Of a stretch of DNA of 64,000 nt, positions 39,360-53,040 are shown piece after piece. The notes under the pieces were generated by a model. The model was not told the origin of the DNA. It saw nothing but the letters and a program-made list of their open reading frames with translations, and did not search any database. Position 1 is the stretch's first letter. Each line of letters begins with the position of its first letter. The stretch covers positions 18,724,001 to 18,788,000 of the forward strand of contig NC_043016.1 in NCBI RefSeq assembly GCF_006345805.1, read 5' to 3'. This stretch comes from Octopus sinensis. Its lineage: Eukaryota. The position numbers and the translations under genes were made by a program.

Positions 39360-40661
39360 TGTCTTTGTATAGCTTCTAACGCTGGAATTGTACTACGGTG
39401 TCAGCTGTTCACTACCAGTGAACTAAAGTAACACCTCTTATTTTTCGACCATTATTATTATTTTATTGTCTTTGTATAGCTTCTAACGCTGGAGTTGTAC
39501 TTCGGTGTCAGCTGTTCACAACCAGTGAACTAAGGTAACACCTCTTATTTTTCGACCATCATCCGGAGTATTCGTGCGGTTCCAATCAGTGCTGTTTTCT
39601 GCAAGTGCTCCACACTTAATGCAGCCCCTATTTGTTCAATGTACTTTTCGAATATTTCTACTCACGGTTCCCAGGACTCCAACAATTATTGGTACTACTA
39701 CCACCTTTTTCAGTGACCACAACTGCTTAACCTCCCAAGCTAACCTGTTATATCTTTCGAATTTTCTTTCTACCTTATCACATACCTTGTTGTTAGCTGG
39801 GCATGCTATATCTGCTTTCTTTCTCAATTAGCAATATATCTGGTTTCCTATTCTCTATTCATGGTCGCACTCAATCATAAAATCTCATAGGGTCTTTGCA
39901 TTATTATTGTCGATGATGCCTTCGGGTTTATGTTCGCACCTCGTTTTTGCTCTGTCAAGTCCATACTTGTTGCAAAGTTTCCAATGGACAATCCCTGCTA
40001 TATTGTCATGATGTATATACCTTCTGTGCTAGTGGCGTACATTGACTGATAATGCGCCATACGGTTTCACCATTTTGTTCACAAATTCTGCACTTATCAT
40101 TTTCTCATGTGTTGTCTATTCTGTAGTTGAGGTAATTGGTTCTTAGTGCTTAGAGCCTCCGTTTCCGGTTTTAAATCACTTTTAGTCATCCATAGTCATC
40201 TTTTTTTCCTCATTCAGTCTTAGCTTCAACATCCCTATGAAATTGTCCATGCATTCTTTTTTCAGTTTCATTCATTCTCTAGTGCTTGTACGGTTCTTTA
40301 TCTTTGCAATCTTCCATCCTACACAAGCTTGACCTTCTTCCTTCCAATAATAGCGGTTCTGTGGCATTTTTATCTTTCTATCTAAGCTGTTTAGTTCGTC
40401 TACTGTCTATGCCATTACCCCTGCTCCATATCTAAGGATTGAAACTGCCCAGGTGTCGATAGCTTCAATCTTATTCCGTCCGTTTAATTTCGACTTATGG
40501 ATCAGTCTGTGCAAGTACTCCACCTTAAATTTTTCTGTCATTTCTTTCTCCATCAATTTATCCATTTCAAATATCCCCAAGTATTTTTAGCTTGTCTCTT
40601 CCATCTGCTTCATAACCTCCCCCTACGGTGTCGCTAGCCCGTCCATGCATTTGATTTTGCC
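39360..40661 (-). mobile_element. Second R4/Dong-clade copy, with an extra tandem 90-bp 3' end (39360-39450)
   Basis: Homologous to 16382-17750; VVVPIIVGVLGT; each 3' end runs into TAA repeats. Confidence 0.85.
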
Positions 40662-40724
40662 ATTGTGCATCAAGAATTCGTCCCTGAGGTCCAGAATGTC
40701 GATCGAGAGAGGCAAAAAAAGAGG

Positions 40725-40744
40725 CATTATTATTATCTTTATCA

Positions 40745-40812
<68 letters not shown>

Positions 40813-40836
40813 GTTATTATCATTATCATTATCATC

Positions 40837-40895
<59 letters not shown>

Positions 40896-40900
40896 CATAA
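40725..40900 (+). repeat. (ATT)n array
   Basis: Read directly from the sequence. Confidence 0.97.
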
Positions 40901-40904
40901 TTAT

Positions 40905-41520
40905 TTCTCTTTCTCGCATGTTTTGCTGGAGTCTTGCATGCGTAGCCGGCTTACTACCTGCAGCCTACGATACAATGCTATTCGTTCTTTTCAGCTATCT
41001 AATACTTTTACTGATTATTCTGGCCGTGCCAAGGAGGCAAACCTTTTGTGACAGTTCTATAAGACACTCTGTTCCAATTTCCTTTATATACCCCTGGATG
41101 ACTTCTGATACTGTTTGATATTTTCAGGCAAAGTTCTACTGCATTACTTGCCACACCTCCGCGTTGTTGAAGTGTGTGCAGCAATGTGCGCTCTTGTTTT
41201 CTCTTTGGTTTTTTTTTTTTCCTGCTGCTGAGGGAGTTCCAACTCTTCCCGGGAATGTGTTGCATCCGCTAGTTATGTTATGGTTTGGGGCTTGAGCCTT
41301 TTGTTGTATTAGTGTTTGTGCTGTATGCTGTATGTCTAATGCCAGTTGTGTTCTTCTGTTGGGTGTCCGACCTGTAGACTACGGGGTGGCATCAAAAGGT
41401 CACCGAACTACCAATGTTGCGCGCGAACCATTACCAGCTCTCATTGTGTGCGCAGAGAGAGTTACCAGTCACCTTCATGAGGCAGCGTACCGAGAGACAT
41501 CGTTACGTTTACTTCGCAAG
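40905..41520 (-). mobile_element. Probable N-terminal relic of the R4/Dong element
   Basis: Weak motif KGLPPW..; resembles 43990-45135. Confidence 0.4.
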
Positions 41521-42240
41521 CTGTGCAATTTGTGTCTTTGTGATCACGCGTATGCTGTAGTCCATGATTTTTGTCATGGACAGGAAGTTGGAACAAAGAG
41601 CCAACGTGAAATTTTGCATTAAACTTGGTAAGTCTGCTACAGAGACATTAAGCATGTTTCAACAAGATTACGGTGACGAGGTGATGGGCCGTAACAAAGT
41701 TTCGAATGGCACGCTCCGATAGAGCCATAGCTCAATCAAGTGCATGCTCATGGGTTTTTTTTTCTTCGACATTCGCGGCATTGTGCATTAAGAATTCGTC
41801 CCTGCAACGTTTTGAACCATTTGAGGGAGGACATTCAGCGAAAGTAGCCGAATCTGTGGATCGCAAAGAATTGGCTTCTTCACGACGACGTTGCACCCTG
41901 TCAGCGAGCCCTCCTTACTTGTGAGTTTCTCCCAAAATAACATTATATTGCTTCCGCACCCGCCCCATTCGCTAAACTTAGCATCTGCGAATTTCCATCT
42001 CTTTCCCCATGTTGAAAATGCCGCTCAAAGGTCGCAGTTGTAACACCGTTGTCGAGATCCAGAGCCAATCGCAGAAAGTCCTCGCCTGCCTTACAGAAAA
42101 TTACTCCCAGGCCGAATTCCAAAAGTGGAAGGAACGCTGCGCAAAGTGACTATTTCAAAGGAGATGATGTTAAAACATAAGTAAATATGTTATTTTTTAT
42201 TAAACATAACTTGTTCGGGAATCTTTTGATACCACCTCGT
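41520..42240 (+). mobile_element. mariner transposon relic, internally deleted
   Basis: MDRKLEQRANVKFCIKLGKSATET (ATG at 41576); EFVP; WLLHDD; PHSLNLASANFHLFP; right TIR ...ttttgataccacctcgta. Confidence 0.85.
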
Positions 42241-43079
42241 ACATGTTGTGGAGGCCATTTTATTAGATATGTACTGCATGTGTTTGTCTATTTTGCATTT
42301 AGGAGCTTTCCTTTCTTGTAAGATGTATCGCTGGACGTTTTGCAAATGTATTTTGTGATGTTTTTCTTATATCGTTATTATTTTTCCTCCATATCTCATA
42401 TGTTTCTCTTATTATTCCTGTGTATTTTCGGTATAGTGTTGCAGTGTAGAATGCATTTAGCACTTCAATGTAGTCGGCACTTGTCCATCGATTTTTTTTA
42501 GTTTTGTTTTTTGTTTCGGCAGTGGCATTAAGAGATGGGTCTGTCTGTTTAGTGTTAACTTTTTGACAGAATTCCGCCTTTGGGCTTGTGCTGAGGCTTC
42601 TTTCATATCGCTATTGCCCAAGACTCAAAGAACAAAATTGACCGCCATTTCTTTCCTCTTGATAGCTTTATCACCGAGCACAAATGCTCTTTTCCACGGT
42701 TTAAAATGAAACTTGCATCTTTTTTTAAAGTCATTTAAATACCGTACGTTCGATATTTTTTCTTCCGGTGTGAAAGCTTGTATGTAATCGTGTGTGAATT
42801 GAATAAACATTATATTGGTTGCTTTATATGCAAGAAGCAAAAATGAGCATATGTGTAGAAATGGGAATGCATGTGATTAATTCTCGTATTCACAGTTTTC
42901 TTCACAGTTCTATACAGTTGTATACGGATATCACAGCACCTCGAGTTGTTTACATTTTCACGCACATGTCTTATTGCGTTAACACATCTGGAAAACTATG
43001 CTTCACATACTTAATATATGAGGGAAACCTTTTGGGATCCTGAAATAATTTTCTTTCAACATTTTTTTGGGGGGAGGGC

Positions 43080-43870
43080 GGGGGACGGTTCCTTAAATAT
43101 TGCTTTGTTTCCAGCGAATTGGTTTGACGAAAGCTTTTCAGATTTAAATTTTTTTATATTTCAAAACACAAAATAAAGACGTGGCTTCCCAAAAGGAGGC
43201 AGGTGATGGCTGTTGGAACAGTCATTAGGAAAGCAGGTTCTCTACACTACTTACACAAAGTACATGCAACAGCGACAAAAATGGCGACAGCGACATCAGC
43301 ACGCTTTACATAACAACAAAAATTACGAAGTACATCAAAAAAGTCAACGAAGAAAAGGAAAAAATCTACAGTTATGACGACGAATTTAATAGCAGCGACA
43401 ATGAGGCCATACAACAACAACAAAAAAAATCAACAAAGAATTAAATTTTCCATTTCACACGACTGCAAGCTCTATCTCCACCGCCACAAACACAATTAAC
43501 ACAAAAAATTAAAAAAAAAGAACAATTCTTGTAAATTTGCTGTGAGCGGTTTCACCAACGCGATAAATGACAGAAGAAATTGTTATTAATGCAAACTAAT
43601 TTAAAATGCACAATCTATGTGGACAAAATGTAACATTGAATATACGTAAATCTGTCCATTAAGAAACCAACTTGCGGACAGTTGTAATACAAACCCATAG
43701 GAGCAAGAAGCAAAAGGACACAGCAAGCAATACACCAGTAGATAAAGAAAACTCTTCAGCCAATTTGGAACAGCAAAATCGATATAACGAGGGAAGGAAA
43801 TATGGAACTGTTGAAGTGAGGTTCGACTCAGAGCAGGAGACCAAATTACTCAACAACCGCCCTAAGGAGT
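43080..43870 (+). mobile_element. Possible Tx1-like ORF1 relic
   Basis: GTVEVRFDSEQETK resembles TVLVRFPNQEVAK of the full-length copy; AAC-rich tract. Confidence 0.3.
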
Positions 43871-43989
43871 GATGAACTAATCCTCGTCTCCATTTAGTTA
43901 GACCGAAGACTGTTTAAAATTAAAATAATAAACGCATCTCCAGAAATCAACATTTTTTGGTTGGTGGTAGCGGTTCTCTTTGAAACAAG

Positions 43990-45135
43990 AGAAAACCAGT
44001 AATATGCAGATGCAGAGACTGCTGAAGCAGAGATGCTTGGGACAGAGAATGGAGTCGTTAATACAGGCGAATCAGAAGTATCGAAATATACCCGGACTTA
44101 ATAACCCTACCGGATGGTAAGTTTCATTTGGCTTTTAAGGAGAGACGGTAGCACAAATCACTTCAGGGCTTTTAGCCCACAGCAAAGGAAAGATGAGAGA
44201 ACAATATTCTTGTCAGTAACTGCTGACCATGCTGCGAGTAAACAAGTAAACTCAATGGTTGTGGAGTGTTACTTTCGGAGCATTCCACTAGATGCAAATG
44301 ACATGTCAGGTAAAAGATACAAGCAACAAATTCATAGAGAATGGAAGGGGATGGAACTGTTTGAAATTACAGAACAGGAAGTATGTAATCAAGCAAGAGC
44401 AATAAGACAGAAAGGGTGGTTGTCAGAATAGGAGTTAGAAGCTATCAAAAGAGGGATATCTTGGGGATGTTGAACATATGAGAAACGAAAGTGGCATAAC
44501 AGAAGAAATGGACAATTTCTCACAAAAATATACCGTGAGTGGTGAAAGAATAGAGATCAAAGAACAATTAAGCAATGAAGATCAAATAAGAATGAACAGG
44601 ATTTTGGATCTACTAAATGCGGAAGAGACAGCATTTACGAGGCTGATCAATGGAGACTAAACTAAGAAACAAGTAAAGTCAATAATGTATTGAAACACAT
44701 TGAGACAAAGAACATCTTACAAACATATAAACTCATCAGGTCTGCAAGTTGGACTGTTACAGAAAGAGTAGGATTAAAGATCAATGAGAACAGAACATTG
44801 AAAGAAAGACAAGGAAATAAACAACTTTGGTGGAAAAGAAGAATAGAAGATATAAGCTCTCTGAGTTGTGTAGTGTCAATACTTGACAGGGAAAACATGA
44901 GAATTGAAGAATGATCGTAAATTTGAACAATTGATGAAGTATGGTGTTGATAAAAAAGGAGTGAAAAGTTGAAGCAGTGCATACTTGCAAAGAAAGCAAA
45001 ACTAACTAGGCTTGCGGAACGGATTAAGCAATACCAGCAAAACCAATTGTTTAGAATCAGCCAAAAAAGAATTTACAATGAAATTAATGATTTAGAAAGC
45101 GAAAGATAGTTCCTGGAGCAGATGAAAGTAGGAAA
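43990..45135 (+). mobile_element. R4/Dong-clade N-terminal relic
   Basis: VVECYFRS..KRYKQQIHREW..VCNQARAIRQKGWLSE; QLWWKRRIE; YQQNQLFRISQKRIY. Confidence 0.7.
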
Positions 45136-45336
45136 ATAGTCTAAAACTAAAGAACTATGTCCAATACTATATAAATATGCTTCAGATGGCATGGATGGTA
45201 CACTTGTTATTGAGATGAGTATCGTATCGTTTTTGTTACTCGGTTAATTAAATTCTCATCTGAACACTTTATACTGGAAATTTTCCATTTATTTATACCA
45301 AATTATTTATAGAAAATTGTTTATAGAAAAGACAAA

Positions 45337-45483
45337 AGGCGTAGGAGTGGCTGTGTGGTAAGTGGCTTGCTTACGAACCACATGGTTCCGGTTTCAGTCC
45401 CACTGCGTGGCACCTTGGGCAAACGTCTTCTACTATAGCCCCGGGCCGACCAAAGCGGAAACTGAAAGAAGCCTATCGTATAC

Positions 45484-45524
<41 letters not shown>

Positions 45525-45733
45525 CGTGTCTGTGTTTGTCCCCAACATCGCTTGACAACCGATGCTGGTGTGTTTATGTCCCGTAACTTAGCGGTTCGAC
45601 AAAAGAGATCCGATAGAATAAGTACTAGGCTTACAAAGAATAAGTCCTGGGGTCGATTTGCTCGACTAAAGGCGGTGCTCCAGCATGGCCACAGTTAAAT
45701 GACTGAAACAAGTAAAAAGAGAGAGTAAAGAGT
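45337..45733 (+). mobile_element. SINE-A, full length
   Basis: Matches 11153-11571. Confidence 0.9.
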
Positions 45734-45992
45734 AATTGTCCATAGTCTGATTTATTTCACCCCCATTGAGTTCCAAATATGTCCGATATGACAATCTGCT
45801 TCATTTTATTGTCACTTTTACAAGTTTAACGTCAAAAATACTAACTTAGTTTAAATGCTGAAAAGGCTCTCTTTATGTTGCAGAAAATTCCTACCCAATA
45901 GATTTAAGTTAAAAGAGAATGGCGAATCAGAAATTTCAGTAAGGACATATTTCACCGCTATATAACCCTGGCTGCTGCTGCTGCTGCTGCTG

Positions 45993-46078
<86 letters not shown>

Positions 46079-46153
46079 TAATAATAATAATAATACTGTC
46101 TTTACTAACCACTAGCTGGCATAAAAGTCAAGGACAGTACAGAACTACATTAT

Positions 46154-46400
46154 TTACACTCGACGGATATACGTCCTCATCTTGTTGTTAACACAACGTT
46201 TCGGCTGGTATACCTTCCAGCCTTCAACAGGTGTCTTGGGGAAATTTCGAACCTGGGTTCTCATTCCTAAGGTATTTTTCAATGTTGTGGTGGTTGTTGT
46301 TATTATTATTAATAATAACGTTGTGTTAACAACAAACAGGATGAGGACAAATATAGTCAAATGTAAATAATGTAAATAATGCACATAATTCCTCATCTCT
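46154..46400. mobile_element. Penelope-like pseudo-LTR with inverted duplication
   Basis: 46154-46200 is inverted at about 46317-46372; hammerhead motif inside. Confidence 0.7.
46191..46234 (-). ncRNA. Minimal hammerhead motif with a core substitution (CTGTTGA)
   Basis: acac-CTGTTGA-a-ggctgg-aaggtata-ccagcc-GAAACGT-t-gtgt. Confidence 0.55.
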
Positions 46401-46639
46401 TGAATATAGAACTGTATTAGTACAGAACTACTTGCCTTTTGAATAAAAAATTCAAAAGGCAGGTATTTTCAAGAATTATCATCAAAACCCCCAAAAAGAC
46501 ACTGTCACTTTGACCATCAAGGCAAGTGATCTCTTTCAGTTGTTCTCTCAGATGTATATTCAGGTCATGCCAGTTCATTTCCGCACCAATTTTTTCTTGA
46601 GGCAACTCTTCCTTCTCCACACCAACTTTTGTTTTCTAG

Positions 46640-47700
46640 TCAAGCTTGAAAACGTTTATGAGGTCTTAGTCAAAGAAAGTGTGTGTTACAAGCCTTTTTT
46701 AATCTCGTTTATCACAGAACCTCTGTCAAAAAAGTTATCAAGCGGATATAAGATGCCTGTTCTTTCCGTCCAAATAAAGGCGATGAATGATCTTCACATT
46801 GAACTCGACTGATTCGCTTTACATGTGACAGTAGCTGTTAGAAGTTACCAATACTCGGTCATTGGACGTATGTGTCTAGAAAACTCGAATGGACATGGCT
46901 GGTAGCATTTCCGTATTGTTGAGTTTATTCCTATCCGGCAATGTTTTCCCCCCTCCCGGTAGCAAAACCTGGCCAGGGATTTCTGGAAATTATTCACAGG
47001 CCTCGGCCCAAAAGTCCTCCATAATAGAACAGCCAGCAGTTGATTTTCATTCGCGCTCAGGAATTTTCAAGAAAGTCGTTGTTCCGCCATAACACTAATC
47101 CTAAATAGAATGCTAACATAAAAATTCAACCAACCTATTACAAAACTTATAGAGGACTGTGTGCATTTAACGGCATTCCAGTTCTCCAATTGCTCTGCCT
47201 CGTTCTGTGCTTGACCCAGGAATACAACTATGTTAAAGAGGCAAGTTGTAGAAAACTGTCAGATAAACGGTGACCGCACCGACTCACCCTCAAGATATTG
47301 TTGATGTCTCATTGTACGTGTAAGCATACAATGCAACGTCAACATTCCTAATTCTCCATGTAGATAATATTCGCAGCAAATAGGATGCCTGGCTTAAGGA
47401 GCACAACCCCTTCGTAAAAAGCTACAAAGAAGATGTCCCATTCTGATTAGACATCGAATAGGGCAAGGCACAACGGTCAGGCAGTAATAGATTGAAAAGG
47501 CATTCACCATCTCTTTTCGACCTTTTAGGACAGCTTCCTCTGAGCCTATTTCTGCATGAGACAGTATACTCTGCTTATTACCTCGCCCACAGTTTCTCCA
47601 CTTGAAGATCTAGACCAAATCAACTCTCGAGCAATTTAACTGGCCCGCCGTCCATAGCCCACAATGCTTCCGTTAAGTAAATATGAACTGTCTGAAGTAA
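46640..47700 (-). mobile_element. Old Tx1 ORF2 C-terminal relics, interrupted at about 47110-47470
   Basis: Recognisable similarity to 29560-30050 and 33100-33245 (gccagggatttctggaa; gagcaatttaac). Confidence 0.65.
47190..47460 (+). mobile_element. Possible Helitron Rep fragment
   Basis: DAWLKEHNPFVKSYK resembles the Rep NP(Y/F)V motif. Confidence 0.35.
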
Positions 47701-48229
47701 GAAAAGACCGTAGAAATCCTGTGACAATATGGCTCAATTACAGAAAAGCATTGTCATAGAAAAGCATTGAGCTCCATTTCCTACTCGTTGCTGAAGTCAC
47801 TACTGCTAACATAAGTACCTGTTGTTTCAGTCACTGTCATCCATGGGCTAATGAACTCTTAGAAGCAACAGCAAACTAAAAAATTTTACAGTCTTTACAT
47901 TTGTAACTGAGAGTGGGACATCTATCTCTGATGATATTAATATTTCAACGAGAATATCCCCAACTTAACATTCTACCAGCACTTCTGTATAGTTTGGATC
48001 AAATCTACTGCCATTTCTTCTACGAAAATCTACTGGTTATGTCCTTAGGTTTGCAGCAGAAAGCCACTTTAAAATTACCTATAATTCCTTCATGAACGAT
48101 CTAAAGCAGTGGTTCGCAAGCTTTTTATAATTTCTTTCCCACCGAATCTTTGAAAGGATTTACAAATTTTCACTGTACTAGTAACTGACAGCATTCAGAG
48201 AATGTAAATTAATTTGCTTGTTACTTATC

Positions 48230-48680
48230 AGATAATCCCTGAATCACAGGGCTTGCTCTACACATAGCTCTACCCACAGAACGAACATATGCAATATTGT
48301 CGTAGATTCCAAGGTATTTGTAACATTCATCATTGATGATAGGGGAGCTAAACCATCGGTACCCATATTCCTTGCCAAGTCGAAAATCGTTTCTCCTTTG
48401 ACTAACATATATGAACATTTGTCCTCGCCCAAAATTATTATCTCCTGCGAAAATGTTGGGACCATTTCTGCCTCTTGATGTCATGGGTATCACTGGAGTA
48501 CATATTAAGGTCATCAGCAAAGAAGAAATAAATTTTTCTTTCATTTGCAACTCCTATCATGTAACATTTGTATTTCCTTAACAAGGCTGACTGGGGTTTC
48601 TCTGCTAGACAAAAATCATTGCAGGTCAACTGTCACTCAGAAATATTCTTGTTGATAGCGTATTTCTGATAGTGACCATA
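48230..48680 (-). mobile_element. R4/Dong-like RT fragment
   Basis: FFADDLNMYSSD; CYKYLGIYDN. Confidence 0.5.
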
Positions 48681-48783
48681 ATGTCTGGTACATCGATTTC
48701 AGTATTCATTGTTCGTTTGAATAAGTTGATAGGGGTTGCGTGTGTCTTATGTATATATGAACATTATACACACACACACGAGT

Positions 48784-48998
48784 AAGGCGGCAAGCTGGCA
48801 GAATCATTAGCCCGCCGGGAAAAATGCTTAGCAACATTTCGTCCGTCTTTACGTTCTGAGTTCAAATTCCGCCGAGGACTTTGCTTTTATCCTTTCGGGG
48901 TTGATAAAATAAGTATAAGTTGAGTATTGGGATCGATGTAATCGACTAGTCCCCTCCCCCAAAATTTCTGGCCTTGTGTCTATAGTAGAAAGGATTAT
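48784..48998 (+). mobile_element. SINE-B with the alternative (non-Tx1) tail
   Basis: Same head and core as 8449; tail cccctcccccaaaatttctggccttgtgtctatagtagaaaggattat, as at 9020-9069. Confidence 0.85.
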
Positions 48999-49849
48999 GC
49001 ACACATACACTGATACATGCGCATGCGCATTCACACATGTATATGGGGAGGTCATAACATTTTATTTTGTATGTAGGTGCAACTGTAGAGAATGATGAAG
49101 ATGACGACGATGATGATGATGATGATGACGACGACGACGACGACAATGACGACGATGATGATGGTGTTACTGAAGATTGGTGTAAAATAATGAAATGAGA
49201 TTATTCTTACGCTTTTTAAATAATTTACATGATGAGTGTTTGCTAATTTAGTGAAATATTTGATTGAGACATACAAGCAAGCATTAAAAAATTATGCAAA
49301 CAAATCAAATGAAACATAAGTGAATGCTAGAACGATTCAATAGTTTAAAACAATAACTACAAAGAAATCAAAATGCAAGAAGTAAAATAAAATTAGTTAA
49401 GGGAAATAATACAGTTTGGTCAGTGGCATATAGTTAGCTAAATAAGATAAGTGGTGATGTTTTGAATGAAGCAGGTAAAAAACATTTTTATATAATTGAG
49501 ATCCTCATTTTAGTTGAAGACAGAAAGCGAAAATTTAGTGATAATTTATTAACCACACTCATCGAAATGGGAAGATAATTTGAAGAGACTAAGAATTGGT
49601 CTATCAAAATTAATTCACATGCTTTTCCTTTGCAGAACTACAGACGTGTTACAATATTAAACGATCTGATTGTTAAGTCATTAGAGTTTTTGATAGAATC
49701 CCTCACCGTATGTGTTTCAACTCTCTGAGTCAATTTTGCTTTTCATATTTTCGAGGTCAATAAGAAAATATAATATAGGCGGAACAGTTAGTGTTTGGTA
49801 AGCTGTCTTCTAATATTTTTTCCAGCTCTTTAGATTTTGACTAGAATTC

Positions 49850-50285
49850 CTAAGATGACACTGGTGCCAACCTGAATCGGCTCAAGTCGCTGGTTTTCCG
49901 TGGGACACGTCAATATCATGGAGAGGGGAGACTCGCAACAGTCTTTCTCGAAAAATGTGGCCCAGGCCTACGCATGCCTGCTGGGGCTGCCTTCTGGAGC
50001 CTAACGGCAGGTATTTAAAGTGAAAAATTTGACAAGTCAGTCAGTCACCGGCTGACACTCGCTGACGATACATCGAAGAGGCCAGGGAACAGAAGAAAGA
50101 AGACATGCACCCAACACCAGAGCTGAAGACACCTCCGAAAGGGGGTGCCGCCACGTCAAAACGGTAGAGGAGTAGGGGCCGAAACCAGACGTGGTTCCTC
50201 CTGATGATGTCTTGAGCTAACTGGATCATATAAAGGAGCTGTTGTGGTAGCAGACCACGAAACACGGTTGTAATTCCTCCCTATT
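49850..50285. repeat. Longer copy of the unclassified repeat at 2503
   Basis: Shared about 240 bp, plus an upstream TATTTAAA...TCAGTC arrangement. Confidence 0.65.
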
Positions 50286-50299
50286 CTTCCAACTATGTT

Positions 50300-51568
50300 T
50301 CCAGTTCATTGCTCAACTGCACCAAGGTCTTGTTCACTTCAACATTGTCAAAACACCTTAAACTCATTGACAAATTGTGAGCACAGCTTCTTCCACACGC
50401 TATTCATAACTGTGCTCTTCATCTCATTCTACGCAGCTGCTATGTTCATTATGGCTTTGTAGATGTCATAACTTTTCCAAAAATCACGAACTGTGATGCT
50501 TTCGTCGATGTCAGTTGCAGATATTGCTTGGTGTAATATACGCTTCATATAATAGCGCTTAAAGCTGGCAATTATTCCCTGGTCCATTGGTTGCAACAGC
50601 GAGGTAGTGTTAGAGGGAGGAAGGTAACTGTAACGTTGGGATGGAAATCTCCGATGTCTTTCGGGTGGCCAGGAGCGTTATATAAGACAAGCAGAATTTT
50701 AAAAAGAATCCCTTTAGCCTTACAGTACTTTTCTGCTTCAGGAACAAAATGATTGAAAAACCATTCTTCAAAAATTATGACAGTGACCCAAGCCTTTGAA
50801 TTGACCATCCCTATTACAGGAAGGGATACCTTGGGTATGTTCTTAAGAATTTGGGGATTCAGCGCCTGACACGCAAGCAGCGGTTTTAGCTTGCATTCGC
50901 CTACACAATTACCTCTCAACATTAAGGCCAAACGTTCTTTTGACATTTTGTAGCCAGGAATTCTTTTCTCTTCTTTGGATATGAAATAGTGATCTGGTAA
51001 TTTCTTCGAACATTGAATAGAAATCGGGTAGAAATCTATTATCTTCAATAATCTTCGCTAATATAGCAGGAAATTCTGCTGTAGCAACATTGTCAGCCGA
51101 CGCGCTTTCACCTTGTTTTTTGCGGAGAGTGCAAATTCTGCAGCTACTTAAACCTCATAAACCATCCCTGCCTTGCCTTATATTCTACGTCTTTCTCATC
51201 TGAATATTTCTTTTTCAAATCTTCAGACAAAGACAATGCTTTCTCCTGGATTATTTCCTGACTCCTTTTTTCTTGCAAACGATTCTGCCATTCAGCCCAA
51301 AAGGCAAAAAGCTGCTCCATCTCTTCGTAGATTCGTCCTCTTTTCTTGATGATGGTGTTTTTCATCCCAGGAGCATCATCTTTCACATGTGCCATAATCC
51401 TTTCTCTATCGTGCACAATCGCTGATACAGTCGTACGGCTCATCCTAAACGATCGTGCAATAGCTACAATCTTTCACCCTCTTCCTATAATGTTATCACA
51501 CCCACTTTATCTTCCAACAATATGGCTTTACGCTTACTATTTTCACTAGGATTCTTCTTCGGTGTCAT
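50300..51568 (-). pseudogene. pogo/Tigger transposase relic (CENP-B HTH plus DDE_1)
   Basis: YEEMEQLFAFW..IIQEKALSL..KARQGWFMRFK; GYKMSKERLALMLRGN..KLKPLL; SKAWVT..FEEWFFNHFVP; LLVLYNAPGHP. Confidence 0.9.
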
Positions 51569-52050
51569 GGGGCTAAAATGTAAATCACAAAAATAATTGT
51601 ACAAAATTTTACAGCAGTCGACGTGAAAACATCTGAACTAGTATACTTGTTCCAATTTGTATTACCGTTAACCTGTAACTTCTCATGTCTTTGTTTTTAA
51701 ATGAATTTTAATCTTTCATGATACATACAGTATTTTAACATTAATTTTAATATGCTATAAAGATTATATTTCTATTGCATTTTTATTTATTTTCCGGAGA
51801 CAATTACGAACGTAACCAATCGATACAACTCGGAATTAACAGTACAGTATAGTATGAACGTTATTGCTAGTTTTGCCAGGTTACGTAAATTAATACTGTA
51901 TTAAATATGACGTATCTTCAGAAATGAGGTAAGTCGAAAATACTTAACCAAAGGTATATGTATATATATATATATATATATATAATATATGAAAAAACAA
52001 GTCAAGATAGAAAATGCTAAAATAATTTTATAAAGAACATTTCAGTACCG

Positions 52051-52439
52051 GTGGCTGTGTGGTAAGTAGCTTGCTTACCAACCACATGGTTCCGGGTTCA
52101 GTCCCACTGCGTTGCATCTTGGGCAAATGTCTTCTACTATAGTTTCGGGCCGACCAAAGCCTTGGTACACGGAGACTGAAAGAAGCTCGTCGTATATATG
52201 TATATGTATATATATATGTGTCTGTATTTGTGTGTCTGCGTTTGTCCCCCCCCCCGGCATGGCTTGACTACCGATGCTGGTGTGTTTATGTCTCCGTAAC
52301 TTAGCGGTTCGGCAAAAGAGACCGATAGAATAAGTACTAGGCTTACAAAGAATAAGTCCTGGGGTCGATGTGCTCGACTAAAGGCGGTGCTCCAGTATGG
52401 CCGCAGTCAAATGACTGAAACAAGTAAAAGAGTAAAAGA
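52051..52439 (+). mobile_element. SINE-A, slightly 5'-truncated
   Basis: Matches 11162-11565. Confidence 0.9.
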
Positions 52440-52479
52440 TTATATATATATATATATTTATAAACCTACAGATTCTAAA

Positions 52480-53040
52480 CAATACCTATTATTTAACTCA
52501 TGCCACTCCAAACACATAAAATTAATATACCTTAATTAGTGTCTTCGATATGCGAAGGTAGGGCAGCAACTATAGGAGATAAAAGTTTGTCGAGGTAGGA
52601 AAATAAAAATTCTGTAGGGCAATTTTGCAAGCAGAGACAATAGGGCGGCTGGGATTATCTTGTTTGTGTATTTTAGGGACGAAATAGATAGTGGAATTTC
52701 GGGAAGTGGGGAAACTTATGTTGGTGGCAGTGAGCGGCAGTGAACCAGAAAACATTAGCTGATGTACAGTGGCCGAAACAAATCCTCTGGTAATAGTATC
52801 TTTATGTAGTATCTAGCGTCGCTGAATTGACGGAGTGCTTCTCTTCTATAATGGTCGGCTCGCCAAACAACAACGGCGTCCCCTTTTGTCGGTTGGCTTG
52901 ATAACAATGTCTTTACGTTGACGGAGCTTCCGGAGGACGTCCAGTCCCGACGGGGGAAGGTTCGAAATACTTGTTTTTTTTTTTATCGAAATTGAAAGTA
53001 CCGAGGTCCAAACGACATTTATTGATAAATATATCTACCG
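52480..53040 (-). mobile_element. Penelope-like (Neptune-type) RT N-terminal fragment
   Basis: KDIVIKPTDK; IYFVPKIHKQDNPSRPIVSAC. Confidence 0.75.

Noticed and set aside
42620-42800. pogo/CENP-B-like fragment (YLNDFKKR)
   Set aside because: Too short to support.
43855-43915. Pseudoknot-like ggag/ctcc and aactaa/ttagtt with TCCTCG (HDV-like?)
   Set aside because: No room for P4 or the catalytic J4/2 segment.
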